Below are positions 25,031-38,963 of a stretch of DNA of 64,000 nucleotides, one piece after another. The position numbers and the translations under genes are program-made. Under the pieces are notes generated by a model, which saw only the letters and a program-made list of their open reading frames with translations, searched no databases and was not told the DNA's origin. This DNA is from Takakia lepidozioides (lineage: Eukaryota > Plantae > Bryophyta): contig CM060732.1 in assembly GCA_030704615.1 (NCBI GenBank), positions 33,976,001 to 34,040,000 of the forward strand, read 5' to 3'. Within the stretch, counting starts at the first letter, position 1. Each line of letters begins with the position of its first letter.

Positions 25031-26059
25031 CTTGCAGTTCAAATCACAGAATCGGGCCAGCGGGAGGGCGGAGCTCCGCTCTCCCACTCAACTCTTGGCT
25101 AACTTTTCCGCTAAACTCTCTCTAGGGTTCTGCTATTTTATTTCCTCTTTCTCGTGTTTTTTTCTCACCCTTTTTAGCGATGCCCCTTATTTAATACCTA
25201 CTAGCGCGTGTAGCTACGACTGCCGCCATAGCCCGACTCGATGCTTCCTTTGATGCAGCGCTCTAGCTGTTGTGCTCAACCCCTTCATTCCCTTACGCTG
25301 ACCCTCATCTCTCTTAGGCGCTTCTTTCAAGCCATTTCTTTCAGGTTTTCAGGACGATTTGATTGTACTAGCTCTTTTTGGAAATTATCTTGAGCCCTTG
25401 CTGCTTGCTTGCTCATGTGCAACTTCACTCACGAACAAAGTACTATCAGGCTTCCCTAGATCGTGGTGGCGAATAATACTAGGCCCGACGACCTTGGTCT
25501 GCCGCGCCGGTGATTTTGGTATTTTTCCAGTTCAATCCGAACAAAAAACTCTTCTGCTACAGCTCCCTAACTTTTGCGCTCCTGCATATGGTGTTCTTGA
25601 TGAGTTTTTGGAGAGCAAGGATGTGGGCGTCTGGTATGACACAAAATTACATTGTTGTCTTTCTATGCATTATTTTCTGGCTGACATCCACACATCGTGG
25701 TTGTCTTGCCAACTCCCTTGAGACAAAGTGTTTGCGGGCCTGCACTGCTGATGGATGGCACTCAGAAATGGACCCCATCATTCATAGTTGGAAGCTCAAC
25801 CACCTGCCCCCTTTTTATCAGGCAAGGAGCTACGACGCGACAGATATACTCGCGCAAGCATACCATTCACATCGCTATGTGTTCACTACTTTGTGCCCGA
25901 CACCCCTTTTTTACGAGTCAGTGAAGCCTTCTACAAAACACTATGTGGTTTCTTGCACCAGACAGTATGAATGCACTCTCGCCAACACTGTGCCAGCATC
26001 TGTGTCTACCTGCCACAATCTCAAGCACGAGGTACTTCCTTCTCAACCCCTGCCTCCAC

Positions 26060-27020
26060 AGCAGAAGCGGCAGGCCAGGCTGTATGGCCATGTCAAAGCT
26101 GGAGTTGTCACAGATGTCGTGGAAACCTATGATCAAATGATAGTGGAAGGATTGAAGCCCAACCACATCGCATGTGTGTGCATTTGCAATGCTTGTGCAA
26201 GCTTGGCAGCCCTGGTAAAGCGCAAGGTTGGTCATGTTGACATCATCTGGAGCTGTACCGAATGTCATTCTGAACACTGCCCAGGCAGCTCTGAAAAAGG
26301 GCAAAGAGGTCCATGGCGACAACGTCAGAGCTGGAATTGTACCGACTGTTATTATGAACTATACCCTCACGTATGCAAATTGTGGGTGCATCGAGGAGGC
26401 ACATGGAGTGTTGGACACTATGGCTGAACGGGATGTTGTGTCTTGGAATGTGACCCTTACAGGGTATGCGCAACAGGGACGTGATATGGAGGCTTTGGAG
26501 ACCTATGATCAAAATGTTGGGGGAAGGGGTGAAACCCGACCACATCACGTTTATGTGCATTTACAGTGCGTATGCAAGCATGGTAGCTCTAGAAAAGGGT
26601 ATAGAGTTCCATGGCGACATTATCAGAGCTAGAATTGTACCAAAGGTCACTCTGAATAGTACCCTCATGGACATGTATATAAAATGTAGGTGCATTGATG
26701 ATGAAAAGGGAGTGTTCAACAAACTGGAGACTGCCCCTGTAGATATGTATGCCAAATGTGAGAGCATGAAGGATACATGTCAAGCTGCAGTTGCCAACAG
26801 TGTCACCCTGGTGTTGCGGCAACGAGCAACACTCTTGCCTCCAGATGTGCAGCTGAATCCACCTGCACCACTCTGTGGACTGACCTGTACCTGCCCTGCA
26901 ACCCTCAGAAAGGGCGAAAAGGTCCATGACGGTGTCATCCTAGCTCAAAAGACACCGAACATCAGTCTGCAGACAGCCCTGGCTGACATGTTTGCCAAAT
27001 ATGGGAGTGTGCAAATGCTC
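26060..27020 (+). pseudogene. Frameshifted PLS-class PPR pseudogene
   Basis: Fragments in three frames: NACASLAAL, TMAERDVVSWNVTLTGYAQQG, GVKPDHITFMC, NSTLMDMYIKC, TALADMFAKYGS. Confidence 0.85.
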
Positions 27021-29619
27021 AACAATGTCCCGTTCATCTCGGTTCTCACACTACAAGATATGAGCGTTTTTAGGACTACGACTTTGGCGGAGTCATAAAA
27101 ACTGCACTAGGTAGACAACTACAGAGCGCTGAAATGCGTTGCAGTCATAGTTTTATGACTCTATAGTAATGGATATCACTACATGACTCCGGAAAGTTAG
27201 GGAGCATTGGTCAAACATTGTTGATCACGATGACATTGATGGTTTATATGATTAGTGTAATATGTTTGACTACACGTGGACGACGTTTCATGGAAACTTT
27301 TGACTCCATGACTGAAGATGCTTTCACAACTCTAATTATACGACTACATCGCTACACGTGTCATTTTGAAGGCAAATACACAAATGTATTCATCCATTGG
27401 ATAAGTTCATCTACAGCATGACATGGCATGTGACTTATGATTGCAGATTGTTTCATAACTCCATATATATGAGTCAATCACTACACGTGGCATTTTAAAG
27501 GCATTTATATGACTTTATTACTGCACGTGTCATTTTGAAGGTATATACATGAATGGATCCATCCATTGGATGAACTCATCCATCCATGTTTGCCGAAATC
27601 CTATCAGCTTAGTACATGTGTTAGTTTCTTATTGGTTTGATATAGCTCAAGCATTTTGTAGTTATCATAGAGCACTAAGTCGCATTCTTCATTGAGTCTA
27701 TAAAGTAAGAGTCTACAGAGGATGCCGTTTGGAATGTGGAGTTTGCAGAGAGGGGGTGTGCGACAATAAGGCTGAACAATGCGTCGTGTCTTCAAATGCG
27801 ATGATTGCAGGATAGCATGGTGATCCTATCGCAGGCGACAACTGCATCTACTTGAATATATTTGGAACACTACCTTCATGGGCATGTATGGAAGCATCGA
27901 CGATGCAAATGGGAAGGGAGAGTTCGATAGTATGGACAAAGGTTATCTGGTGTCAGATTGGTAAGTTCTAATCGAAACTCTTAAATATCTGCTGTGGAAT
28001 CAGAAGCTCTTCCATTAACAGTTATAACCAATCACCATCATGAAGCTACAGGCCCGATGCGAAATCCCAATCGGAACCTGCATTTCTTCCCTCTTTTTGT
28101 CCTTATTTCGCTGTCAATCCCTTCATTCTATCTGGAAGGTTCCAGAGGGAACTTCACATTTCCCCTCATGATCTTGATTTTGGGAATTCTTGTTTAATGC
28201 AATGCTGTTAGGATATGGCCAGCATTGTCGTCATCACAGGTTGGCCGGTCAAATAAGGGAAGATATAACAAAAGAAAGGTTGAGGCTAGCCGCCAGTATA
28301 TGTGTTCTCTCTACGAATTGCCAAACTGGCTTATTTGATGAAGAAAGAAGAATGTGCAGGGTCGCAATGTCCTCACTAACTTTTAGGTTAGTCTCATCCT
28401 AAGTGGGCGCAGTGCTGCTTCTAGTATGGGGCTCTTATCACTCGGTACATCATAGCAAAATTGAAATGCTTATTCTCAGGTAAATTTGTGCATTTTGGCA
28501 CTCTACAGTGACCTTCTTTTCTTGTCAGGGTTAAAGGCCGTGTTGTAATTTGACTTGGGATTGGTGCAGGGAATAAATTTCACCACAGACAAGTTGATGG
28601 AGGCTGGTGCGGAAATGGTAGAGTCTGATAGAGTCACATGTTGATGCGAAAACAACAGACAATTACAGGTTGCGGATTTTCTGCATTGGCTTCACAAAGA
28701 AGCGGCCCAACCACATTAAGCGCACTTGCTATGCACAATTTCAACAATGTCAGACAGGTTGTACAAGACTCTTTGACAAAATGATGCAATTCTTAGAAGT
28801 TGAATGGTAGACTCTGAAAGAAATTGAACCTCAAGTACACCAGCCAATAGTTTTTGGGGATGATGAAGGCAATTCTGGTCTCTATTGTCCATTTTTGAGG
28901 TTCATGTGTGAGTGGGAAAGAGAGAGAGAGAGAGATAGATTTCCATAGAACATGACGGTTGCAATGGTGGTTGTTTGTCATGAACACTGCAAAACTTTGT
29001 ATGGCGCAGCCAGTATTTCCATGCAGGTCCTTCACCAGTTTCACGAGATGCAGCCTGATGTAAGTAGTGATACCATGTTTCGGCTCCTTCACACAAATTG
29101 ATGACCTCACTTGATGACATTGTGTGATGACCTCACTTTCCTGCATATCTATTGTGTGCAGATTTGATCCTTTCTCACTGTCCTCACTGAGCCTAAAAAA
29201 AGCTAAGTTTCTCATCTCTATTTCCTTGATACTGCTGCTGCCTATCTCCATTTTGGGTGCCACCTTCATGCAAGCCATATGCAGGGTAGTCATGAACCAG
29301 TCTCCACCAGTCTCTTCATTTCTGACCTGGTTTCATTGTCTTTATCCGCAAATACTTGAGCAAGAGATGGGAGCCAGTCAAGGGTACCACTGCTCTCTTG
29401 ACCATCTGAGAACACAAGCATGCTGCCACTTTGTTGCTCATCCTTAGATTTCTCCAAAGTGTGTTCATTTTGCTGCAAGACTTCCTTGCCATACTTTTTG
29501 TCATTGGGGTGGCAAGAGCTTCAGCTGAATCAACTCCTTGTCTTAGTGTACCATTGCTATCAAGTGGAACATGTGACCACTTTTCATCCCTTGTTTGATT
29601 CAATGACCTGAGTTGGTTA

Positions 29620-30552
29620 AAAAAAACTGATGTAGTAAACAGGTGAGTCCCTCCAGCACAAGGCGGTGCCCTCCACCTAAAAGAGTGGGGCAGCGGCTTC
29701 AGTACTGTGCATTTTAAAATACAAATCAAAGGTGAATTCGTCGACAACTTGCCACCTCTCCCAAAACTCATCAAATCCACCAGCTATGTCATCTATATCT
29801 ATCGGCCCTGTAACCAGCTCCTCAACCTGTGTTGCCTTAACATCAATACTGCCATTGGCACCTTCCCCCCATGGGATCAAAGCACCCAACCAAGCCCATG
29901 TCTTTCAAGTGTTTGTGTCCTGGATTTTGGCACTGCTCCTTGTCTTTCACATTTTGTTCATCAGAAGTGCTACCTGGCACCTGCAGACCATTGTGGCCAG
30001 TGCCATTTACAAAATTCAAGCCACATTCCATATCCTACAGATCATGGCTCTCGATTCCAACACTCTCTTTTGGAAATGTACAACATCCCAGCAAATTTTA
30101 TCTGAAGCCTTTACTATGTCCATTCGCTGTACTGTAAGAGAGACAGTTCTCTATGGCACTGTCTGCTGCTTCAGACAGAAGCTTGCTTGCAGCACAATTG
30201 GGAAAAGACAAATGTTTGTCACTGGAAAGGTTACAGCTTCTTGTTGTGACTGGTGCTGAGAGTTGTGCCCCAACATCAAGGGCAGACATAGGCTCAACAA
30301 CTGAGGGAGGCACATGAACACCAAGAGCTTGTCCCATACATGGGATGCATTTATACGAGCCTGATAATCGAAATTCAGTTTTATTTTTACTGTCTAGCCA
30401 TCTTGTAACTTCGTTGTCTGGTTGTTCACATTGCTTCAGCATCATGTTTGGCTCAACCTTGGACTCACTCTGACTAAATCGCCCATCTTTCCGTAGTGAA
30501 ATAGAAGTAGACTCATTGAGGTCTAATGTCAGTGCTGCATCCGAATCCATGG
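29620..30552 (-). pseudogene. Captured fragment of DNA polymerase theta (TEBICHI/POLQ): end of central domain and start of polymerase region
   Basis: GPIDIDDIAGGFDEFWERWQVVDEFTFDLYFKMHSTEAAAPLF*VEGTALCWRDSPVYYIS resembles the plant TEBICHI block GPI....GGF..F...W....EF.FD.......FEI.GIA.CW..SPVYY (recalled). Contains stops and a frameshift. The upstream low-complexity part is assigned only by contiguity. Confidence 0.7.
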
Positions 30553-30776
30553 CAAGAAAATATTGCAGGCAGAATCCATGGCAATGGTAGTTGCACTTGT
30601 TGGTCCAAAGCCAATTGCAACAACAAATGAATAAAGGGTGCTGAAAGGAAAGCACTCCACAATTGATCATAAAATCCACTATTCAAGCATGATATCTTAA
30701 TGGGAATGCGAAGGGAGTTTTACCACCTTAAGCTATCATACGTAGTCTATAACTGGAGTGCACAAATCTAGCACAT

Positions 30777-33545
30777 CTAATCCCCATCATCCTCATCTAT
30801 GTCTGGGTCACTGCATGTATCACTATCTTCATCACAGAAATCATCTTGTCCAAGGGTTGGCTGAACTTCATCACCACTACTACGGGATGCTTGGAGGTAC
30901 AAGGAGGCCACCTGCTGTGGAGTAACCGGTACCGCTCGGCTACGTGTTGGGCCATCAGTTACCAGAGTCTCCTCTAGTCTTTGTGGGGCTAACAATCCTT
31001 CCACTTCCGCCACATCATCATTAGCAATTGATATGTCACAGACCACTCTACGTGCTCGGGGGCTCTTCTCCAGGACGACCTTCCACCCCGGGTCCTTCAC
31101 ACAATCAGAAAAAAACACTTGATCAACCTGGCCAGGAAACACAAAAGGTTGCTCAGAAGGTGGAAGCATACGGTTAAAATTGACCAGTGTGAAGCCAGCA
31201 TCATCCTGCTTCATTGACATAGGTTGACGACCCATGCGACGCGCCCGTACCCACAAACACAAAAACACTATAGGTTGTGTTTGGCCATAGTCAATTTGCA
31301 AAATCTCCCTTATAAAACCCACATATCTTGTAGGTTCCTCCATGTCATTGCCTGAATTGTTGGTAATGGACTGGTGCTGGAAAACAGATGAGACTCCACA
31401 ATCAAAAGACACCATACTTGTTGTGTTCATGCCGGGGGGTATAGCACTGTAATGGTTACCATACGCTGTCATACTCTTGAATGACAGGGCAGCTTCTATC
31501 AAATCCTGCCATATACTCTGTGCAAAAACCCAATGCTTCTTCAAATTGGTATCCTTCTGCCATGCTCCCCTCGGGCCTTGCCATGTTTCTTACGTAGCCC
31601 TTCATATCTTTCATTGCCCGCTCCATGGGGTACATCCAACGAGATGCTACAGGCCCACATAAGTACAACTCGTCTACTAGGTGGACAACCAGATGTGTCA
31701 TCACATCAAAAAATGATGTTGGGAACTCCTTCTCTATAAGACACAGAGTGACAACTGCTTCAGTTCTCAATTCCTCATACTCTATAGGATTCACCACTTT
31801 TGCACACAACTTCTTGAATACACGACATATTCGCAAAATGGCTCTGCGAGGACCACTTGCCATGAGCCCACGGATAGCAAGCGGTATAATTTGCTGCATG
31901 AGCACATGATAGTCATGTCATTTCATGCCAGACAATTTTTTCTTCACCACATGTTTTTTGAAAGCTGATGCGTAGCCTATTGGCACTTTCAGGTTCTGCA
32001 CAATCTCCAGAAAGACTTCTAACTCAGCCTCAGTGAGGACATAAGGGGCAGGAGGCATAATTAACATATCTGCTCTGTCAGGATCACGTTGTAGCCACAA
32101 TTCCGGGCGCATCCCAAGTAGCTCCAAATCACGACGAACTTTCAATGTGTCTCTTTCACCAAAGAGCGTTTTAATAATATTTTCAGCCAAGTTCTTCTCG
32201 CAATGCATTGCATCAAACGTGTGGCGGATGAGGAGGCCCTACAAAATCAACGCATAAGCAATTGAGCATTTAATCATCACAATTTCAATAGAAAACGCAA
32301 AAATGTACACAGCCAATTTCAAGGCCATGAAGGAATTACCTCCCAATAAGGTAAGACATATAAAATTGAGAATCGCTTAACTCCATGAGTTTTTGCTGGG
32401 TCTGTCCTGCTATCTGGTGTCCCTCCGTTTTCTACCCATGCAGTGCGAGCTGTTGCAAGCTCCTGGATTTGTGTTCCAGTCTGCGTTTTTGGAGGAGTTC
32501 CATGCTCAGTAGCGCCATTGAACATTCTTGACCTTCTGTATGGATGTTTGTGGGCCAAAAATCTTCGGTGGCCTAGGAAAACAGTCTTCCCACATGTGTG
32601 TAATTGCTGTGAAGTCACCTCGGGTCCACAAGCTGGACAACCAGCATAACCTTTCGTCACTTGACCTGAGAGCAAGCCATATGCAGGGTAGTCATGGATT
32701 GACCACATCAACAGTGCCCTCAGTGTGAATTCGCGTTGACCACGAGGACGGGAAACATCATGAGCTACAATCCCAGACCATAGTTCCAGTAGCTCTCCCA
32801 CTAGGGGCATCAAGTAAACATCTATGTTCTTAGAGGTAACAGACTCATTTCCAGGAATCAGTAGCGCTAACATGACAAAGAACTTCTTGGTCATTAACCA
32901 TGGAGGCAGATTGTAATTGACCAAGAGAATGGGCCATGTACTCCAACTGGTGGATTGAGCTCCGTAGGGATTTACACCGTCAAGGGCCAATCCAAATCGT
33001 ACAGATCGTGGCTTTGCAGCAAAATCTGGAAATGTCGTGTCAATGTGTTTCCATGCTTTGCTATCAGCTGGATGTTGAACCAACCCATCTTGGTTCTTAT
33101 GTATGTCTTGCCATGTCATTAACTCTGCGATCGACTTACATCTGTACATACGTTTCAACCTCAGAATGACAGGGAAGTGTCGCAGTACTTTTCTGGGCAC
33201 AGTTCCACGACCAGGAATGTAACGGACTTGTGGCATACTGGGCAAATGGTTGCCTTCTCATACTCCGCACGGAAGAGTACATAACCATCCTCACAGGCAT
33301 GAATCATCTTGTATTGCAATCCCATTTTGGCAATCATGGTTTTTGCTTCATAGTGAGTTTTCGGCAATGAATTCTCAGCCGGCAGAAAACTCTTACGCAA
33401 CAATCCCAGTAGCTCATCCACAAATGCATTGGTGCATTTGTGGGTAGTGCATGTGTTGAGCAACGTCAAAGTTGCTTGCAGCCGGCTGATCGAGCACCCT
33501 TCGTAAAGTGGACATTGCGACTGTCGGAAGAGTTTGTCATACTCG
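30777..33545 (-). pseudogene. CACTA Tnp2/TnpD transposase (Transposase_21, DUF4218, DUF4216), disrupted
   Basis: IHACEDG..LFR, KVLRHFP, HPADSKAWKHID, DGVNPY, STWP, YNLPPW, HDYPAYG, MHCEKN, HDYHVLMQQ, HLVVHL, RWMYPMER, PEGSMAEGY, EQPFVFP. Intron ~32239-32340, frameshifts ~33230 and ~31500, stop at 31918. Confidence 0.93.
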
Positions 33546-34284
33546 GGATCAACGTGCAGGTGAGCATTCTCATGGGCCTGACTCTAGCAGCATTGAAACA
33601 TGAAAGCACATTTAAAATTGGAACATCGATTCAAATACAACGTTACTTAATGTTCAGAGATCCGTTCCAAAATCTAATCCGGTGTTACTACCAAAATGCA
33701 CGAGCTGGAAAGTCTAAGTAGACTTCCAAATGTCTGAGCAGAAGATGCATACACTGGCATCTATCAGACTTCAACAATCCTAACATATGGCAGATGATGC
33801 ACTCAAATTTGGGGCAGTCAAACACTCATCCCTTCACTTTCTGGGAGGGCAACAAAGGCGTAAGCAGAACCCGTGAGCAGATTCCCTTATCCGTGAGCAG
33901 ATTCGCCCAAGCGTGAGCAAATTATTGATGCGGACCCTAAAAGCGAGGGAACAAGTGGGTCTATTGCCGTGAACACAAACTCCACTGTAACGACGCAATC
34001 TTCTCTCCATCGGACCGAAGACAGACATGCTCTATGACGACAATGTGGCACGAATGTGCGATGAAAAATTGACGGATGAATGTATATGTGATGAACGTAA
34101 AAGGGAATGGATGAACATTGGATGAACGTTGGATGAGTGTCGAATGAAAAATTGCCCAGATGAGTGAGAACCATGAATGACTGCAATAACATGTATCCTT
34201 ACCGATCAACATGTGCGTAGGGATCCATGTGTTGTTGAGTTTAAATAAGTGTATTTTAATCTGGCGGAAGCTTAATTCCGGCCC

Positions 34285-34352
34285 CGAAGACCAGCCAGAT
34301 CAAGCTGGCGTCAACGCCACCTTCATCTGACACATTCAGAGGGGAAAAAACA

Positions 34353-34383
<31 letters not shown>

Positions 34384-35505
34384 TATACATTTGCAAATGA
34401 ACCCAACCCTTGCTTTGTAAGCACAAGACCTGGCATTTACCTAGCATGGATTTCTGGTCACCTGAAAGAAGGACAAGACAACGAATCATAAGCCGAACAA
34501 TTTGTAGATACCATTCACCCCAAATAGCACACCAGAAGACCAGCCACATTCGAGGAAAATAAAATAATAATAAAACAAAAATATTATTATTGTATTATTG
34601 TTTTTGGAAAACTTGCAAATGAACCCAGCCCTTGCTTTGCAACAAAAGACCTGGCGTTTACCCAGCATGGATTTCTGGTCACCTGGAAGAAGGACATGAC
34701 AACGAATCATAAGCCGAGTAATTTGTAGATGCCATTCACCCCAAATAGCACAGCCAGATCAACAACACCTTAATCTGGCACATTCGGAGAAAAATAAAAT
34801 AAAATAAAATAATTAAAAAAACCCTATATATATATATATTTGGAAAACTTGCAAATGAACCCAACCCCTACTTCGCAAGCAAAAGACCTGGCATTTATCC
34901 AGCATGGAATTCTGATCACATGGAAGAAGGACATGACAATGATTCATAAGTTATATGGTCCGAGCAATTTGTAGATGCCATTCACCCCAGATAGCACACA
35001 AAAAAACCAGCCAGATTAAGGTGTCATTGACGACACCTTAATCTGGCACATTCGGGAAAATATAATATAATATAATGATATATATATATTGGAAAACTTA
35101 CAAATGAATCCAACCCCTGCTTTGCAAGCAAAAGACCTGGCATTTACCCAACATGGATTTCTGGTCACATGGAAGAAGGACATGACAATGAACGATAAGT
35201 TATGTGGTCCGAGCAATTTGTAGACGCCATTCACCCCAAATAACACACCAGAAGACTAGCCAGATTAAGGTAGATTAAGGTGTCGTTGACGACACCTTAA
35301 TCTGGCACATTCGGGGAAAAATAAAATAAAATAAAAAATTGGAAAACTTGCAAATGAACCCAACCCCTTTTTGCAAGTAAAAGACCTGGCGTTTACCCAA
35401 CATGGATTTCTGGTCACATGGAAGAAAGACATGACAACAAATCATAAGTTATGTGGTCCGAACAATTTGTAGATGCCATTCACCCCAAATATGACACCAG
35501 AAGAC
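34285..35505. repeat. Tandem array, ~5 units of 220-250 bp, with a hairpin at unit junctions
   Basis: caaatgaa(c/t)cca..aagacctggc..catgga..tctg..cac..gatgccattcacccca recurs near 34391, 34612, 34849, 35098 and 35348. Confidence 0.93.
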
Positions 35506-36989
35506 GTTACAGATGTCATGTTATGTGGAGGCTGCAGTTTGCAATTTAGTCTCCTCTCTTCTCCCCCTCATGTGCTTTACGATAGAGAGGATTTTGTGCA
35601 AAGCAAAGCTAGTGTCTTCATAGACAGTTCTGCCTTCGTTTGGGACTCCGACTCCAGTAGCAGTGGATATTCTTCGTCGGAATGAATCGGCTATTTTCAA
35701 ACTATTTATATTAAAGCACCAAACGGCCTCTCCACCTTCTTGCAATTGGGTGTCAGCCTTTCTCTCGACTTAGGATACCTGGTGAAAGGACAACCACAAC
35801 CCTCTGCAGTTGGCAGAGGTTCACTTTGGAGCTCGGGGGATTTGACAACCACTACTCAAAAATGCTTTTTAATTTTGCATTCAACCACAAACTACATTCA
35901 TCCACGTGCCATTCGTCCAACATACATTCATCCATCATTCATCCGTCATTCATCCATAATGATGAATTGGTATGCATGTTATGCTGGACACTACCCGCAG
36001 TAATAGGTCCTCTAATAGGTGTCCGCGGTTATAGGTGAGCACATCCAGGAGTTGTCTTGCTGACTGGCAGCACCAATTCTGCCCCTTCAACTGGCGCAGA
36101 TTGTTCGTGGCCAGGTACCTACACCCAAGAACATATGCTCCACACACTAGACTGGGTTCCACAAGTACCACTAACGAATGAATCCTCGATAAGCCAAAGT
36201 ACATAAGTTCCAGCAATGGAATCATCTTACCTGTAATGCCCTCTGGCCAGGGACTTGTCTAATCCTAGTCTGACAGAGCAAAGTCTCAATTTAGCTTGCC
36301 TGGCAAACTTCAAGCTCACAAATTGTCTCACTAATGGCTCTCAGCTCCATGTTAACTCAAAACACATTACACTCTACAGTTACTGATTTATTGAAAGGAA
36401 GGTGTAAGTAAAGAGCAGTTCCCTCTCTGCAATTCATGAAGAGCAATGCCCCTGACGACCTGCATTTGAAATTAAAATGTTCCATATGGAAAAATGAGGC
36501 ACAAGAACCTTGCATGATGTACAAAAAACCATGTTGAACAACATAACGAGGGAGTAAACTTTCAAGCAGTTAAGCCAAAGATAGAAAGCCAACCTGAAGG
36601 TGAATAGAGAGTCGGAGGCTAGCTGCCAGCTCTGAGCATGAGGCACGCTGGATGACTGCCATCTTCTCCCAATTCTTCATTGCAAACAGGGCTTGCTCCC
36701 ACCAAGTATCCCTAAAGGAAGAATCAACAACATACCCTACATGGAGTAGCCTAAGTGAAGCACTGGAAATATTTGCCCACTATCCACATGTCAATCAGTA
36801 GCATACACGGTTTCGTGTCCTCTCAATTCTCCCACATCCACTTTGTCCAATGGGACCTTCGGGCCCCCTGTGGCTGTCAAACTTTCTTTCTATATTCTAT
36901 CTTAGACAATCCCTTGAGCTTTAGTTACTTTCAGGCTGTTTCTTGTTTCTTTCTTCCTCTTATCCCATAAGCTCTCTTTGAGCTTCATG

Positions 36990-38558
36990 GATTGTTGGCC
37001 ACTAGGGTAGGGTTCAGAATGACACACCGTACAATTCCAGCTTTGCCGATGTCACCATGGACCTTTGTGCTCATTTATAGGGCTGCCACATTGACACACG
37101 CAGTTATCGGGCTCGACCCTGCACGTTTTAGGCTATTGTAATTGGCTGTCCACCAGGGCAGTGTTCAAAATGTCATCTAGTACAAATCCAGCTTTTGACG
37201 ATGTCACCATGGACCACTTTGCCCATTTCTAGGGCTGCCAAGCTCGCACACACATTGCTAGTCCCTAAGACATTGTTCTGAATGACAAACAATACAATTT
37301 CAGCTTTGAACATGTCACCGTGGACCGCTTTGCCTATTTTCAGGGCTGCCAAGCCTGCACACGCATTATTGGCCACTAGGGTATGGTACATACCGTACAA
37401 TTCCAGCTTTGACGATGTCACCATGGACCTTTGCGCTTGTTTCCAGGGCTGCCGCACTCCCACAAGCATTGGCTGTCCACCAGGGCGGTGTTCAAAATGT
37501 CATTTGGTATAATTCCAGCTTTGACGATGTCACAATGGACCTTTGTGCTCCTTTCCAGGGTTGCTACACTCACATACATATTGGTTGTCCATTAGGGCAG
37601 TGTTCAGACTGTCATCTGGTATAATTTCAGTTTTGACAATGTCACTATGGACCACTTTGCCCATGTCTAGGGCTGCCAGGCTCACATTACTGGCCCCTAA
37701 GACAATGTTCAGAATGACAAATAGTACAATTTCAGCTTTGAACATGTCATCGTGGACCGCTTTGCCTATTTTCAGGGCTCCCAAGTCTGCATACGCATTG
37801 TTGACCACTAGGGTAGGGTTCAAAATGACATACCTTACAATTCCAGCTTTGACGATGTCACCATGAACCTTTGCGCTCGTTTCCAGGGCTGCTTCACTCC
37901 CACAAGCATTGGTTGTCCACCAGGGCAGTGTTCAGAATGTCATTTGGTATAATTCTAACATTGACGATGTCACCGTGGACCTCTGCACTCGTTTACAGGG
38001 GTGCCGCACTCTCACAAGCATTGGTTGTCCATCAAGGCAGTGTTCAAAATGTCATCTAGTACAAATCCAGCTTTGACAATGTCACCATGGACCACTTTGC
38101 CCATTTCTAGGGCTGCCAGGCTCGCACACACATTGCTGGCCCCTAAGACAATGTTCTGAATGACAAATAGTACAATTTCAACTTTGAACATGTCACCGTG
38201 GACCTTTGCCTATTTTCAGGGCTACCAAGCCTGCACACGCATTGTTGGCCACTAGGGTAGGGTTCAGAATGACATACCTTACATTTCCAGCTTTGACGAT
38301 GTCACCATGGACCATTGCGCTTGTTTCCACGGCTGCCGCACTCCCACAAGCATTGGCTGTCCACCAGGGCAGTGTTCAGAATGTCAATTGGTATAATTCC
38401 AGCTTTGACGATATCACAATGGACCTATGCGCTCTTTTCTAGGGTTGCCACACTTGCATACATATTGGTTGTCCATTAGAATAGTGTTCAAACTGTCATC
38501 TGGTACAATTCCAGCTTTGACAATGTCACCATGGACCACTTTGCCCATTTCTAGGGCT
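36990..38558 (-). pseudogene. Decayed tandem array of PPR L-type motifs (~100-110-bp subunits, ~440-bp higher-order period)
   Basis: ccactttgccca at 37214, 37652, 38092 and 38536; subunits translate to NACAxLAALExGKxVHGDIVKAxIxPDDxLNTALxD with frameshifts. Confidence 0.88.
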
Positions 38559-38629
38559 GATGACAATTTTTAACAAAGCTTTGCTTGTTAATATCATGTT
38601 ACTCCTGCTCTCTATAATCTAACAGACAT

Positions 38630-38963
38630 TCATCTTTTTGACTTCATTATCCCACCCATTGATTGGTGTCTGAAAAACATTCCTTCCAAAGCTTTTCCTC
38701 ATCTTTATTATTTGTTTTTGGATACTTTCCTTTGCCATGGAGTAATTACATGTCTCCAAACCACCATAGATCGACAAAACCAGCTAACTTGTAGACTTCA
38801 ACATGGAAAATTAGGCACGACTCGATAAGAAGGAAAACATGAGTTGAAGAGGAAGGTGCCCTCACCACATTGTCCTTGGCCTTGTGACATGAAAACAACT
38901 AGTTTTTCTTTCACCATTGGAGGATTTAATTGACCATCAACCTGAAAGGACCCGTTGTGTGTG
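38630..38963 (-). pseudogene. Degenerate OSB-type PDF motif remnants abutting the PPR array
   Basis: KDEEKLWKECFSDTNQW/WDNEVKK (1-nt frameshift) at ~38705-38635, plus a copy of the ~100-bp unit seen at 42586-43330. Confidence 0.6.

Noticed and set aside
25510-26427. 305-aa ORF as a real gene
   Set aside because: Chance read-through of unrelated sequence into a frameshifted PPR remnant.
34285-35505. CRISPR-like array of palindromic repeats
   Set aside because: Intervening sequences are themselves repeated, the period is over 200 bp, there are no cas genes and the context is eukaryotic.
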